Part shown: piece by piece, positions 18,794-28,355 of the stretch | How positions within the stretch are numbered: the stretch's first letter is position 1 | Layout of the letters: each line of letters opens with the position of its first letter | The notes under the pieces: model-generated | Told to the model about the DNA's origin: nothing | What the model saw: the letters and a program-made list of their open reading frames with translations, nothing else | Database searches by the model: none | Assembly: GCA_963788655.1 (NCBI GenBank) | Contig: CAWBHS010000088.1 | Location: forward strand, 1 to 64,000 | DNA length: 64,000 nucleotides | From: an uncultured Verrucomicrobiae bacterium | GTDB taxonomy: Bacteria; Verrucomicrobiota; Verrucomicrobiia; Limisphaerales; JAFGQR01 | Direction of reading: 5' to 3' | Position numbers and translations under genes: made by a program

Positions 18794-20512
18794 ATGAAAA
18801 CTTCCATCTTACGTCACGTTGCCCCAACCTTCCTGGCTCTCGGCCTGGTCGTCTTCCTCGGCGGCGGTTGCGGCAAACAAGGGCCGGCTTCGGGCGCCGC
18901 CTTCAAATCTTCGGAACACGCCGTGCCGGAGCCGGCGCAGACCAATAGCTTCCAGGAAGTCGCCGCCTACCTGGACCCGGGTGGCAGTTTCTATCTTTAC
19001 CTGGACACCGAGCAATGGCTGCGGGGGCTCTCGGGCAAAATCGAAGATTTGCGCTCCGTGTTCACCTCGTTGCCGAACATGAAACCGGAGGACCGCGTCA
19101 ACGTCGGCAAGTTGCTCGATGTTGTATATGGTCTGGTCAAAGCCAGTGGCATTGAGGAAATCAGTGGCGTCGGCGCCAGCGGCATTCTGGTGGAACCTGG
19201 GATGTATCGCAACCGCTTCATCCTGCACCATTACCCGGGCCGAAATCAGGGTCTGCTCTGGACGATGTTCGGCAAGGAGCCTCATGCCCTGTCCGGCATC
19301 GATTTCCTGCCGCCCACCACGGCGTTGGCCAGTTTTAGCGACGTGGATGTTCCGATGTTTTGGAAAGCCCTGAAAGATCAGGTGCAACAGGCGAACCTGC
19401 CCGAGTTATCCAAAGGATTGGCACAAGTCTCCGGCAACTTGGAAAAACAATTCGGCCTCACTCTGGACCAACTATTGGCCACCTTCGGCGGACAGGTGGG
19501 CTTTGTGTTGACGCTGGATGACGACAAACTCGTCACGCTGCCCGGCCCGCGCGGCGGACGAATTGAATTCCCCCAACCAGCGCTGGCCCTGGTGTTCAAG
19601 GTCACCGATGACACCATCTTCAAACGTTTGGCCCCGCTGCTGGAAAAGAATCCGCAGGTGATCAAAACCGACGAAGGCGACCTGCACATGCGCAGCCTGC
19701 CGTTGCCGTTCCCATTCCCGGTGAAACCCACCGTTGCCTACAGCGGTGAGTATCTGTTTCTGGCCAGCAGCGACAAGCTGGTGCAAAACATGGTGGCTTT
19801 GAAGCAAGGCAAGGGCCCGAACTTGAAGGATAACGAGGAGTTTGCCAAAATTTCGAAGGGCATTCCGCTGCAAGGCAACAGCTTCACATACGTCAGCCCG
19901 GAAGTCAGCCGCACGGTGGCGCACCTCATCGATTCCGCCGCGTTCGCGCAGGCACAATCCGGCAAGTCCGACGGCGGGGCCGAAATGTTGCGCCGCCTGA
20001 TGGGCGACGGTCAGGAAAGCTTTGCCTTCTCCGTGGCCAGCAACACTCGCGACGGCTGGGTGATCATGGGCCACAGCAGCCAGCACCCGGCCCTGGCTTT
20101 CCTGGGGCCGACCCTGATCGCGCCGACCGCCATCATCGCCGGTATGGCGTTGCCCGCCATGGCCAAGGCCAAGCAAAAGGCGCAAACCATCTCCTGCGTC
20201 AACAATCTGAAACAAATCGGCCTGGCCGCCCGGATGTATGCCAATCAGCATGGCGACGTATACCCCAAAGACTTCGTCTCCATGAAGGACGAATTGAGTT
20301 CGCCGCGAATCCTCGTCTGTCCCGCCGACAAGTCGAAGACTCCTGCCACCAGTTGGGCGACCTTCAACGAGGCGGACGCCAGTTACGTCATCGTGACGCC
20401 TGGAGCCAAGGCAACCGATCCGCAGACGGTGTTTGCCCGTTGCCCAATCCACGGAAACGTTTGCCTGGTGGACGGCAGTGTGCAACAAGGCCAACGGGTG
20501 CGTGGGCGGTAG
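18794..20512 (+). CDS. Lipoprotein-like protein with a C-terminal pilin-like / H-X9-DG-type domain
   Basis: Signal ending LGGGC; C-terminal IIAGMALPAMAKAKQKAQTISCVNNLKQIGLA...YP...CP.D...HGNVCLVDGSV. Confidence 0.75.
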   Translation: MKTSILRHVAPTFLALGLVVFLGGGCGKQGPASGAAFKSSEHAVPEPAQTNSFQEVAAYLDPGGSFYLYLDTEQWLRGLSGKIEDLRSVFTSLPNMKPEDRVNVGKLLDVVYGLVKASGIEEISGVGASGILVEPGMYRNRFILHHYPGRNQGLLWTMFGKEPHALSGIDFLPPTTALASFSDVDVPMFWKALKDQVQQANLPELSKGLAQVSGNLEKQFGLTLDQLLATFGGQVGFVLTLDDDKLVTLPGPRGGRIEFPQPALALVFKVTDDTIFKRLAPLLEKNPQVIKTDEGDLHMRSLPLPFPFPVKPTVAYSGEYLFLASSDKLVQNMVALKQGKGPNLKDNEEFAKISKGIPLQGNSFTYVSPEVSRTVAHLIDSAAFAQAQSGKSDGGAEMLRRLMGDGQESFAFSVASNTRDGWVIMGHSSQHPALAFLGPTLIAPTAIIAGMALPAMAKAKQKAQTISCVNNLKQIGLAARMYANQHGDVYPKDFVSMKDELSSPRILVCPADKSKTPATSWATFNEADASYVIVTPGAKATDPQTVFARCPIHGNVCLVDGSVQQGQRVRGR

Positions 20513-20594
20513 GCCGTAGCCGCTGGATCCTTGGTTTACGTGACGACCAGCCGTTATAATCCACCGCCTACCCGATTCGGCGTGCCTTTCGACT

Positions 20595-20850
20595 TCACGT
20601 GCCTCCCGATGCTTTGTAGCTGACTCGATCGTGGTCGTCGAATCCGATTGCGTAAACGTGTCTATGCCGTTTTGCCACGACAACCAGTATATGGACTTGC
20701 TGCGCGCTGACTCCGCGTACTGCCGCTCAAACCCGGCCTCCTGACCTAAACGAAATTGGTCGAGCCTCGTGCCGGCGGACCCATGAGGGCTGGGATCTGC
20801 GCGCGGGGCATCCCAGTAACCCCGCCTTGGAATCCTCGGTCCACCCGACG
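20595..20850 (-). pseudogene. Decayed small hypothetical gene
   Basis: Three frames join into GMPRAQIPALMGPP / FRLGQEAGFERQY..YWLSWQNGID / VYAIGFDDHDRVSYKASGGT*. Confidence 0.35.
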
Positions 20851-21053
20851 ATTACTGGCACTGAAGTGCGCCGTCTCCGCGCGTCTTTTCTACCATCGGG
20901 CTGTCATTTGGTGGACCGGAACTTCGGTTTGAGGCGGGGGGTACGGAATTACTGAATGGTGAGTCTGCGTCGTCCCTTCAAAATTCAATATCCTTTAGTG
21001 TTCTCTCTGTTTTCTCGGTTGTCTCCTGGTTCCAATTGAAGGATTAGGGTTTA

Positions 21054-21173
21054 GTGCGCGTTTGAAAAGGGTAGCCGCCGACGTGAGGAGGCGGATTTGC
21101 CAGCGCCATGTAACCCCAAGGTCCACCTCCTCACGTTGGTGGCTACGGGTTTCCGGACTTTCCAAACACGCTC
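21054..21173. repeat. REP/MITE-like nested inverted repeat
   Basis: 25-bp arms at 21071-21095 and 21122-21146 (GTAGCCGCCGACGTGAGGAGGCGGA, 3 mismatches), inside 16-bp outer arms GTGCGCGTTTGAAAAG / CTTTCCAAACACGCTC. Confidence 0.85.
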
Positions 21174-21243
21174 CGGGCGGAAAACGCGGCCGGCCGCGAC
21201 GGCTTCCCGGCTTCCGTCCTTCAGTTCTTCAACGCCTCAAGGT

Positions 21244-22716
21244 TCAATACTTCCGCCACAACGATGGCATGAAGAGGACCAGCACCGCGAAAAACTCCAA
21301 CCGCCCCAGCAGCATCAGCAGACTCAGGAACATCAGACTGCCGCCACTCAAATGAGCGAAGTTATGCGTCGGCCCGACGGCGCCCAAACCGGGTCCAATG
21401 TTGAATAAAGTGGCCATCACGGCAGAGAGACTGCTGTCCATGTCCATCGTGGGTTCGAACAAACTAACCAAGGCAGTACCGACTGCGACAGTCATTCCGG
21501 CCAGCGCGACGAAGAACACCGTTTGCAGTTTTGACGTGGCATCCATCAAGTTGCCGTTCAGCCGCAGCGAAAAGACCTGGTTGGGGCGGAACGCACTGAC
21601 GACTTCCTGGCGCACGATTTTGTAAAACAACACCCACCGGCTCACCTTGACGCCCCCCGCCGTGGAACCGGCGCAGCCGCCAATCGCCATCAACAAGAGC
21701 AGCAGTACGCGCGTCAACGACGGCCACCGGTCAAAATCTGCCGTGGCAAAACCAGTCGTGGTTATGATGGAAACGGTTTGAAAGAGAGACTCGCGTAACG
21801 CGGCGAGCGGCGCATGATCTTTCCCCACCAACACCAGGTCCGCCGCGATGATGACCGTGGCAACGACGATGATCCATAGATAGACTTTGACTTCCTCCTC
21901 CTGAGTCCAGCGGTGCCATTTGCGGCGCAGCAGCCAGGCAAACAGCATGAAATTGGCGCCGCCCAAAATCATGAACAGCACCAACCAAAGCTCGATGCCC
22001 GCGCTGTGGTAATAGGCCACGCTTTCGTTGCGGGGGCTGAACCCACCGGTCGAAATTGCGGTCATCGTGTGGCACACCGCATCGTAGAAGCTCATGCCCT
22101 GGGCCATTAAACCGAGCGTACAGACAATCGAAAGCCCCACATAAATTTTCCAAAGCAAGGCCGCCACGTCCTGGATGCGCGCCTGGACGCCGCCGCCGGA
22201 TTTGGCGGAGGACTCATGCTGAAACAGCGCCTTGCTACCCACGCCGAGCGACGACAACAACGCCACGAACAGCACCAGAATTCCGGCGCCGCCGAGCCAC
22301 TGAGTCAGGGATCGCCACAGCAGAATGCCTTTGGGAAAAAGCGTCAGGTCCTGGATGACCGTCGAGCCGGTGGTGGTGAACCCGGACATGGATTCGAAAA
22401 AAGCGGGCATCGGGCTCAGGCGGGGATCGCTCAGCATATACGGCAAGGCACCAAAGGCGGCACAAATCAACCATCCCAAACCCACCACGGCGATGGCTTC
22501 TTTACGCAGGATTTCCCGTCCGGATTTGCGGCCCAGGATCACCAGAATCAAACCCGCAGTCGCGGTGGCCGCCACCGAAATGATCAAGGATTCCACGGCA
22601 TCGAGCCCGGGCTGGCGTTCCTGGTCCCAATACGCATAAGCCACACACAACAACATGGTGGCGCTCAGCAATAGCAGCAGCAGCCCTAGAAGTTTGCTTA
22701 CCAGGCGATAGTTCAT
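21244..22716 (-). CDS. trkH: Trk potassium uptake membrane subunit
   Basis: FESMSGFTTTG, QWLGG.G, ISTGGFS, GGCAGSTAGG, NIGPG, GRLE. Confidence 0.96.
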   Translation of the reverse strand: MNYRLVSKLLGLLLLLLSATMLLCVAYAYWDQERQPGLDAVESLIISVAATATAGLILVILGRKSGREILRKEAIAVVGLGWLICAAFGALPYMLSDPRLSPMPAFFESMSGFTTTGSTVIQDLTLFPKGILLWRSLTQWLGGAGILVLFVALLSSLGVGSKALFQHESSAKSGGGVQARIQDVAALLWKIYVGLSIVCTLGLMAQGMSFYDAVCHTMTAISTGGFSPRNESVAYYHSAGIELWLVLFMILGGANFMLFAWLLRRKWHRWTQEEEVKVYLWIIVVATVIIAADLVLVGKDHAPLAALRESLFQTVSIITTTGFATADFDRWPSLTRVLLLLLMAIGGCAGSTAGGVKVSRWVLFYKIVRQEVVSAFRPNQVFSLRLNGNLMDATSKLQTVFFVALAGMTVAVGTALVSLFEPTMDMDSSLSAVMATLFNIGPGLGAVGPTHNFAHLSGGSLMFLSLLMLLGRLEFFAVLVLFMPSLWRKY

Positions 22717-22726
22717 GCGGCGCGCC

Positions 22727-24079
22727 TCACGACTTGAGCAGCCGCGCAAACTTTGATTTCGCTTTGGCGGCCACGAGGGCGTAGATCATGTCGCCGGCTT
22801 CCATCACGTCTTCTGCGCCGGGCACCACCGCGGCCGAACCGTGCAGCAGCGCCACTAGCACGCTGCCTTCAGGCCATTCAACTTCGGCCACCTTTTTGCC
22901 CGTTAGCGGGCCTTCGGCGGGAATCACCGCTTCGAGGACTTCCGCTTCACCGGCCAATTGCAGCACGGTGTTGGAGCGTTCGGCCTTGATGTAGCGCAAC
23001 AAGTCCCGGTCGGTGGCCTCACGCGGACTCACCGCGGCACGGATTTGCAATTGCTGGCTGTTGCGCGAAATAACATCCGCGTAATCCGCCCGGTGAATCA
23101 GGGTCAGGCAGTATTTGGTGCCGAGATTCTTGGCTTGAAGGCACGTCATCACGTTGTCTTCGTCGTCCTCGGTGGCGGCGATGAAGAAATCCGCCTCGCC
23201 CACCTGCTCTTCCTTGAGTTGCTGCACGGACGTGGCGTTACCGTGAATGACGACGGTGCGGTTAAGCATGTTGGACAGCTCGCGGCACAGTTTTTCATCG
23301 CGCTCGATGATGCGGACGCGATACCGCCGGCCCTCAAGCATTTGCGCCAGTGAAAAGCCGTATTCACCGCCGCCGAAGATGATGACGCTCACCTCTCCCT
23401 CGGGCACGGCGTCGTTGCGGAATTGCGGCAGAACCTCGGACAATTTCAGCGGCGCTCCGAACATGGTGATCAAATCGCCGGCCTCCAAGGTGTCGGCGGC
23501 GGTGGGAATGAACAGGCGTTTCTCGCGTTGAACGGAGCCAATGCGGACGCGATCCGGCAGTTTCAGGTCGCGCAAGGGCCGGCCCAGCACGGGCAGGTCG
23601 GGCGAAATCTGCACCTGTTGCACTTCGATGCGGCCCCGGGCGATTTCCTCGACCAACAGGCCTTCGGGATTGCGCACATACTTGGCTAGTTCGATGGCCG
23701 CCAAGCGTTGCGTGCTGAACAGGTGGTCGATGTGGAAATGGGTTTTGAGGTCGTACAACCATTCTTCGCGTTGCACGCGGGCATGCACGCGGGCAATGGT
23801 GCGTTTGGCGCCCAGCGACTTGGCCAGCGAGGCCGCAACCAGGTTGGCATTGTCGTCGCCGGATAACGCGAGGAACAAGTCAGCTTCGGCCACGTCGGCT
23901 TCGGCCAGGGTGGTTACCGAGGAGCCATTGCCCCAAATCACCTGGGCATCCAAACGTTCGTCCAACTCATCGGCAACGCCCTCTGACGATTCGATGATGC
24001 TCAGGCTGTGCTGTTGGCTGGTCAGGCTTTCGGCCAGATGACGACCGATGGCCCCCAAACCCACGATGACAATATTCAC
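22727..24079 (-). CDS. trkA: Trk potassium uptake NAD-binding subunit
   Basis: Two RCK repeats with IVGLGAIG and IFGGGEYG; 450 aa. Confidence 0.96.
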   Translation of the reverse strand: MNIVIVGLGAIGRHLAESLTSQQHSLSIIESSEGVADELDERLDAQVIWGNGSSVTTLAEADVAEADLFLALSGDDNANLVAASLAKSLGAKRTIARVHARVQREEWLYDLKTHFHIDHLFSTQRLAAIELAKYVRNPEGLLVEEIARGRIEVQQVQISPDLPVLGRPLRDLKLPDRVRIGSVQREKRLFIPTAADTLEAGDLITMFGAPLKLSEVLPQFRNDAVPEGEVSVIIFGGGEYGFSLAQMLEGRRYRVRIIERDEKLCRELSNMLNRTVVIHGNATSVQQLKEEQVGEADFFIAATEDDEDNVMTCLQAKNLGTKYCLTLIHRADYADVISRNSQQLQIRAAVSPREATDRDLLRYIKAERSNTVLQLAGEAEVLEAVIPAEGPLTGKKVAEVEWPEGSVLVALLHGSAAVVPGAEDVMEAGDMIYALVAAKAKSKFARLLKS

Positions 24080-24170
24080 GCGATCAATCTGCTTCCCAAA
24101 ACGCTACGGGATAAAAGAAACCCGGCGGCTTGGCCAGCGAAAAACTGTGCGCGGAGAGCACCAAGATCCG

Positions 24171-24356
24171 TCATGGCATCGGGATTTCAAGCTGGCGGCA
24201 GGCGGACCGCACCGTACCTCCCTTGATTTCGCGGGGTCTGGGAATCGGGGCAACTTTGCCATTTGCAGGATGTTTCCAAATCGCGTGATCTCCTCCTTCA
24301 TGCGCCAGAATGCAGCCGCAGGTCCGCAGGTGTCGCTCCAGCTCGAGCCGTTTCAC
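24171..24356 (-). CDS. hicA: HicA-family toxin
   Basis: MKR..LERHLR..GC....EGGDH.IW.HP......IPR..EI. Confidence 0.88.
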   Translation of the reverse strand: MKRLELERHLRTCGCILAHEGGDHAIWKHPANGKVAPIPRPREIKGGTVRSACRQLEIPMP

Positions 24357-24592
24357 GACGCCGCCAGTTGGAGTTCTTCACGCACCGCATCGGGGGTGGC
24401 ATTCTTCCGCGACTCCTCGCGATGGTAATCCAGAATCTGCGTGAGCGCGTCCAGCAAGTTTGCTTTGGCTTCCTCCAGGGTTTCGCCTTCGGAAAACACC
24501 TCCGGCAACTCTTCAAAGTGGCACGTAAAGCCACCTTCCGGTGCCGGCTCGAAAACCGCGGTCAATTTGAATTTCAATTCATCCAGACGCAT
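24353..24592 (-). CDS. hicB: HicB-family antitoxin (short, no HTH)
   Basis: EGGFT...EELPEVFSEGETLEEAKANLLDAL. Confidence 0.88.
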   Translation of the reverse strand: MRLDELKFKLTAVFEPAPEGGFTCHFEELPEVFSEGETLEEAKANLLDALTQILDYHREESRKNATPDAVREELQLAAS

Positions 24593-24672
24593 AAGCGTAG
24601 TTTCCTATCGCTGGCCCGGGCATTCAAGCTCCAAACTGAGATCGTGGTACGGCACCGCCGAGCCGCCATCCG

Positions 24673-24696
24673 GGTAGGGCCAGACTCCGTCGAGCC
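24673..24696. repeat. Single arm of the GTAG-type REP family also found at 44657-44835
   Basis: GGTAGGGCCAGACTCCGTCGAGCC, 1 mismatch to the 44657 arm. Confidence 0.8.
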
Positions 24697-24729
24697 TTAC
24701 CAAGCCGGCCGATTTGCGACCGGACCGTT

Positions 24730-25832
24730 TTAGAATCGTGGCGCCGAGCAGTTCAAACCGTGCGCCTGGGCAACCGCCGGGCAGGTGAGCTGGCCGGCCA
24801 TCACGTTGATGCCTCCCACCAGCGCGGGATGGCGCTGGCAGGCCTCGGCCAGTCCGTGATCCGCCAGTTCTTCGAGGTAACGGTAGGTCACATTGGTCAG
24901 GGCCTGCGTGGCGGTGCGCGCGTAGGCGGCTGGCATGTTGGCCACGCAGTAGTGCGTCACGCCTTCCTCGACAAATACCGGGTCATGATGCGTGGTGGGG
25001 CGCGAAGTTTCGGCGCAGCCGCCCTGGTCAATGGCAATGTCCACCAGCACACTGCCCGGCCGCATGCACCGCACCATTTCGCGGTTGATCAGCCGGGGCG
25101 CCTTGGCCCCGGGCACCAGCACCGCGCCCACCAGCAGATCCACGTGCGGCAACAATTCCATCAAGTGCGCCGGACTGGAGTACAGCGTGTGCGCGGTGTG
25201 CAGGGTGATGTCCAGGAACCGCATCCGTTCGAGATCGACTTCCAGAATCGTCACGTCGGCGCCCAAGCCGGTGGCCATGCGGGCGGCATTCACGCCCGGC
25301 CACGCCGCCGCCGAGCACGACGACGCGGCCCGGCAACACGCCCGGCACGCCGCCCAGCAATACGCCGCTGCCGCCGTAATGCTTGGCCAGGAAATAGCCG
25401 CCCACCAGCACGGACATGCGCCCGGCGATTTCGCTCATCGGCTCGAGCAACGGCAGATGCCGGTTGACCTCGATGGTTTCGTACGCCAGGCCGGTCACGC
25501 CGGATTGCAGGAGCGCCTCCGTCAACGCACGGTTTGCCGCCAGGTGCAGATAGGTGAATAGAAGCTGGCCCGGCGCGCAACAGGGGGAATTCGCTCGGTT
25601 GCGGTTCCTTGACCTTGACGATCAGTTCGGCCCGCTCGAACACGGCGGCGTGTTCAGCCACGAGCGTGGCGCCGGCCTTTTCGTATTCAGCATCGGGGTA
25701 GCCCGCGCCGGCGCCGGCGTCGCGTTCGACCAACACTTGGTGGCCGCGTTGCACAAGTTGATACGCCGCCGAGGGCAACAGGGCCACGCGGTATTCCTGT
25801 GGTTTAATTTCTTTGGGGACGCCGATAATCAT
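24730..25832 (-). CDS. ald: Alanine dehydrogenase, two apparent indels (~25575, ~25295)
   Basis: [45 protein letters not shown] and HYCVANMP. Confidence 0.92.
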
Positions 25833-25855
25833 AGGGATTTAGGAGGATGGGGGGA

Positions 25856-25977
25856 TGGATGCTGGATACCGGATGCCGGATGATCAATGATGGGATGATG
25901 ATCGTTCCAGTTGCTGAAAGTGCCCAAAACCGAACGCCCGATGCATCCGGCATCCGGCATCCGGCATCGGGCATCCA
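25856..25977. repeat. Inverted arrays of GCATCCG heptamers
   Basis: (YGGATRC) x4 at 25856-25882 facing (GCATCCG) x5 at 25943-25977. Confidence 0.85.
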
Positions 25978-25987
25978 CCGTCTTCCA

Positions 25988-27766
25988 TCATTCATGGGAT
26001 TGAGGTTTTCGCCCGGAAGCCACCAGTTGTTGCATGGTTACAGCCTCCGAGACTTCTTTTTCCACCTGGTAAAACTTCTCGAATTCCTGGCGCACCTGTT
26101 CGCGGGAGGAATCGCTGCTGGTGGCCAGTTCTTCCCCCGGCCCAATCCGTAACGCCTCCAGTACATCGTAGGCGGTGATTTTATCCAGGGGCCGGGCGGG
26201 CTGATACCCCGTGTCGCCATTCAACACCTCGACCACCAGGTTCGCTTGCTGGAGCGTTTGCAACAGCTCATTCACCAGCCGGAGCGGGACTTCCAACGTC
26301 GTCGCCAAGTCGGTGCTGCCAGGCGGTTTTTGGCCCTGCGAAAAATATTCCGCCACGCGGGCCATCAACCGCAAGGCAACGAATTCGCGTCCCCGCTGGT
26401 TGACTTGTTCGCTTTGTTTTTCCTGGGCATCCGATTCGCGGTTTTGGAAGGAATACGCCACTTGGGCCCCCAGTAACAGGATCAGCCACGAAAAATAAAG
26501 TCCCACGAGGAACAACGGCAGAATGCCCAAGCTGCCATAGATGGTGGTGTAGGTCACCACGCGCGAAACGTAGATCACACTGAACAGGTTGTTGAGTTGC
26601 CAAAGGCAGCCGCCGACCGCTCCGCCCACCAGCGCGGCCCGCCACTTCACCCGTGTATTCGGCATGAACTGGTACAAGAGGCCAAACGCCAGGGTTAAGA
26701 TCGCGAACGGTAGCAATTGCAGGATGAGGGGGATCTCCTCGATCAATTTAGCCGTGGTGGTGAAATACGGCCCGGAACTCAATCCCCACACCAAGGCCAG
26801 AACCAGCGGTCCCAGGGTAATGACGGCCCAATACTGGATGATGCTCGCCACCCAACCGCGACCACGATGCACCCCCCAGATGTCATTGAACGCCGCCTCG
26901 ATGGTCCGCAACAGGCCGATGGCCACAAAGACCAGCGCAATGGTGCTGGTAATCCCCAACGAACCGCTGCGGATGTTGCTGATAAAACCCGTGATCTTCT
27001 CGACCACCTGCTGGCGGCGGTCCACGGGGCTCTTCTCCAGCGCGTCGGGATACTTGTCCTCCAGCAACAAACGGTTCAACTGCTGGAGGCGTTCGTCTTT
27101 CGGTGATTGCTGGATCAGTTGGCGGGTCCGTGCTTTCAGGTTCACTCCGTCGAACCGCTGCGGATCGTAAAGCGCCGGGCCTTGGATCACCTGGTTCAGG
27201 GCCTGGACCAGGGCGATGTCGAATTGCTCCTCGTTGGTGGTCGCCAGGCCAGTTCGGGTCAGCCACGGCTGCAGAACGGCCCACGCTTGATTCGTCACAA
27301 ACCGTGACACCGGATCCGCCCCAACCCGCAACTTTTCGAACAGCGCCGGAGCATTCTTGATTTCGTTCGTGGCTAGCAACGGTGAACTGGCGGCCGTCGT
27401 TTCTCCCGGCTTGCTTTCGAGGTTCAGCGCCGGGGCCACGTAGGCGACCAGCTTGTTGATGGCTTCCTCGATGGGTTTCTGTCCCTCGCTCTTGAGCAGA
27501 CTCGAAGAAACGCTGATGGCGATGGCCAGCATCGGCACCAGGGCCAGCAAGGTGGTATAAGCCAGCGCCGACGCCCGATCCAGGCAGCGGTTGCGCACGA
27601 AACTCTTCACCACCACCACGCAGAAATGAGCGAGACGTTGCGTGCGCGAATGCGGCACACCGGGCTTCTGGATGAGATTTTCGGACAGGAGCGCCTCGGC
27701 TTTTTGCCGAAGCGCTTTGATTTTCGGCTTGAGCTGCTTGAGTTTCCCAAAGGTTTTGCCGGCCAT
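25988..27766 (-). CDS. YihY/BrkB (UPF0761) membrane protein with C-terminal Rrf2-like HTH and a ~118-aa insertion
   Basis: ASALAYTTLLALVP, IEAAFNDIW, PNTRVKWRAALVG and IYGSLG.LP.FL..LY.SW.I.LLGA; C-terminal winged helix. Confidence 0.92.
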   Translation of the reverse strand: MAGKTFGKLKQLKPKIKALRQKAEALLSENLIQKPGVPHSRTQRLAHFCVVVVKSFVRNRCLDRASALAYTTLLALVPMLAIAISVSSSLLKSEGQKPIEEAINKLVAYVAPALNLESKPGETTAASSPLLATNEIKNAPALFEKLRVGADPVSRFVTNQAWAVLQPWLTRTGLATTNEEQFDIALVQALNQVIQGPALYDPQRFDGVNLKARTRQLIQQSPKDERLQQLNRLLLEDKYPDALEKSPVDRRQQVVEKITGFISNIRSGSLGITSTIALVFVAIGLLRTIEAAFNDIWGVHRGRGWVASIIQYWAVITLGPLVLALVWGLSSGPYFTTTAKLIEEIPLILQLLPFAILTLAFGLLYQFMPNTRVKWRAALVGGAVGGCLWQLNNLFSVIYVSRVVTYTTIYGSLGILPLFLVGLYFSWLILLLGAQVAYSFQNRESDAQEKQSEQVNQRGREFVALRLMARVAEYFSQGQKPPGSTDLATTLEVPLRLVNELLQTLQQANLVVEVLNGDTGYQPARPLDKITAYDVLEALRIGPGEELATSSDSSREQVRQEFEKFYQVEKEVSEAVTMQQLVASGRKPQSHE

Positions 27767-27899
27767 CGGAGAGCAACCTAGGCGGGGACCGCCGCTTGGG
27801 AAAGCGGAAAAGTGGGCGGATTACCCGGAACTTCCAATCGGCCAAATTCAAAAATGTCTTCCGCCCTTGGCACGCCGTTGGGTGGAGTTGCGGTTGCAT

Positions 27900-28270
27900 C
27901 CAGCGAGTGCCAGCGCGGTGCTGCGCCTGTGAGGTATCGGAGTGCCGATGGCCCGGGCGGGCCGATGGTTCCCGAGGAATTGGCGGGTCGTAACGGCAAG
28001 CAGTCCGACGGCAAAGCCAAAACCCGCCAGGCATACTTGGGATGCGTGTTCACGCAACATGAGGTCGATGAGCAAGGCCGACCCGTGCGGGATGGGGCGT
28101 TGACCACCTACGTTTCGAGCTTCAAATCGATCAATGATTTTGGGCCCTTGTTGCGGCAGGAGGGGCTCCGGCGAGGGATGGCCACGGCCCAGCAAATCGT
28201 GCTGCTCATCGACGGAGCCAACGGCCTGGAAAACATGGGCCAGCAGAACTTTAAGGGTTGCATTGGGTTG
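27900..28270 (+). mobile_element. ISKra4-family transposase internal fragment
   Basis: Y.SADG.G.PM..EELAGR.GKQ.DG.AKTR...LGCVFTQ; EGLRRG; LIDGA. No intact ends seen. Confidence 0.75.
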
Positions 28271-28355
28271 GCGGTCAATGTGCTTGTCCATTTCATGCTG
28301 CAAATGAAGACCGTGTGGGGCGCTTTTTAATTGGTCCGTGCCCAAGTCCATCGGT

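Noticed and set aside
20700..20950. Structured ncRNA (6S, tmRNA or riboswitch) suggested by several hairpins and long-range pairing
   Set aside because: No diagnostic motif of tmRNA, RNase P, SRP or cobalamin riboswitch was found. Pairing is expected at this GC content and the minus strand reads as a decayed ORF. An Infernal/Rfam scan would settle it.
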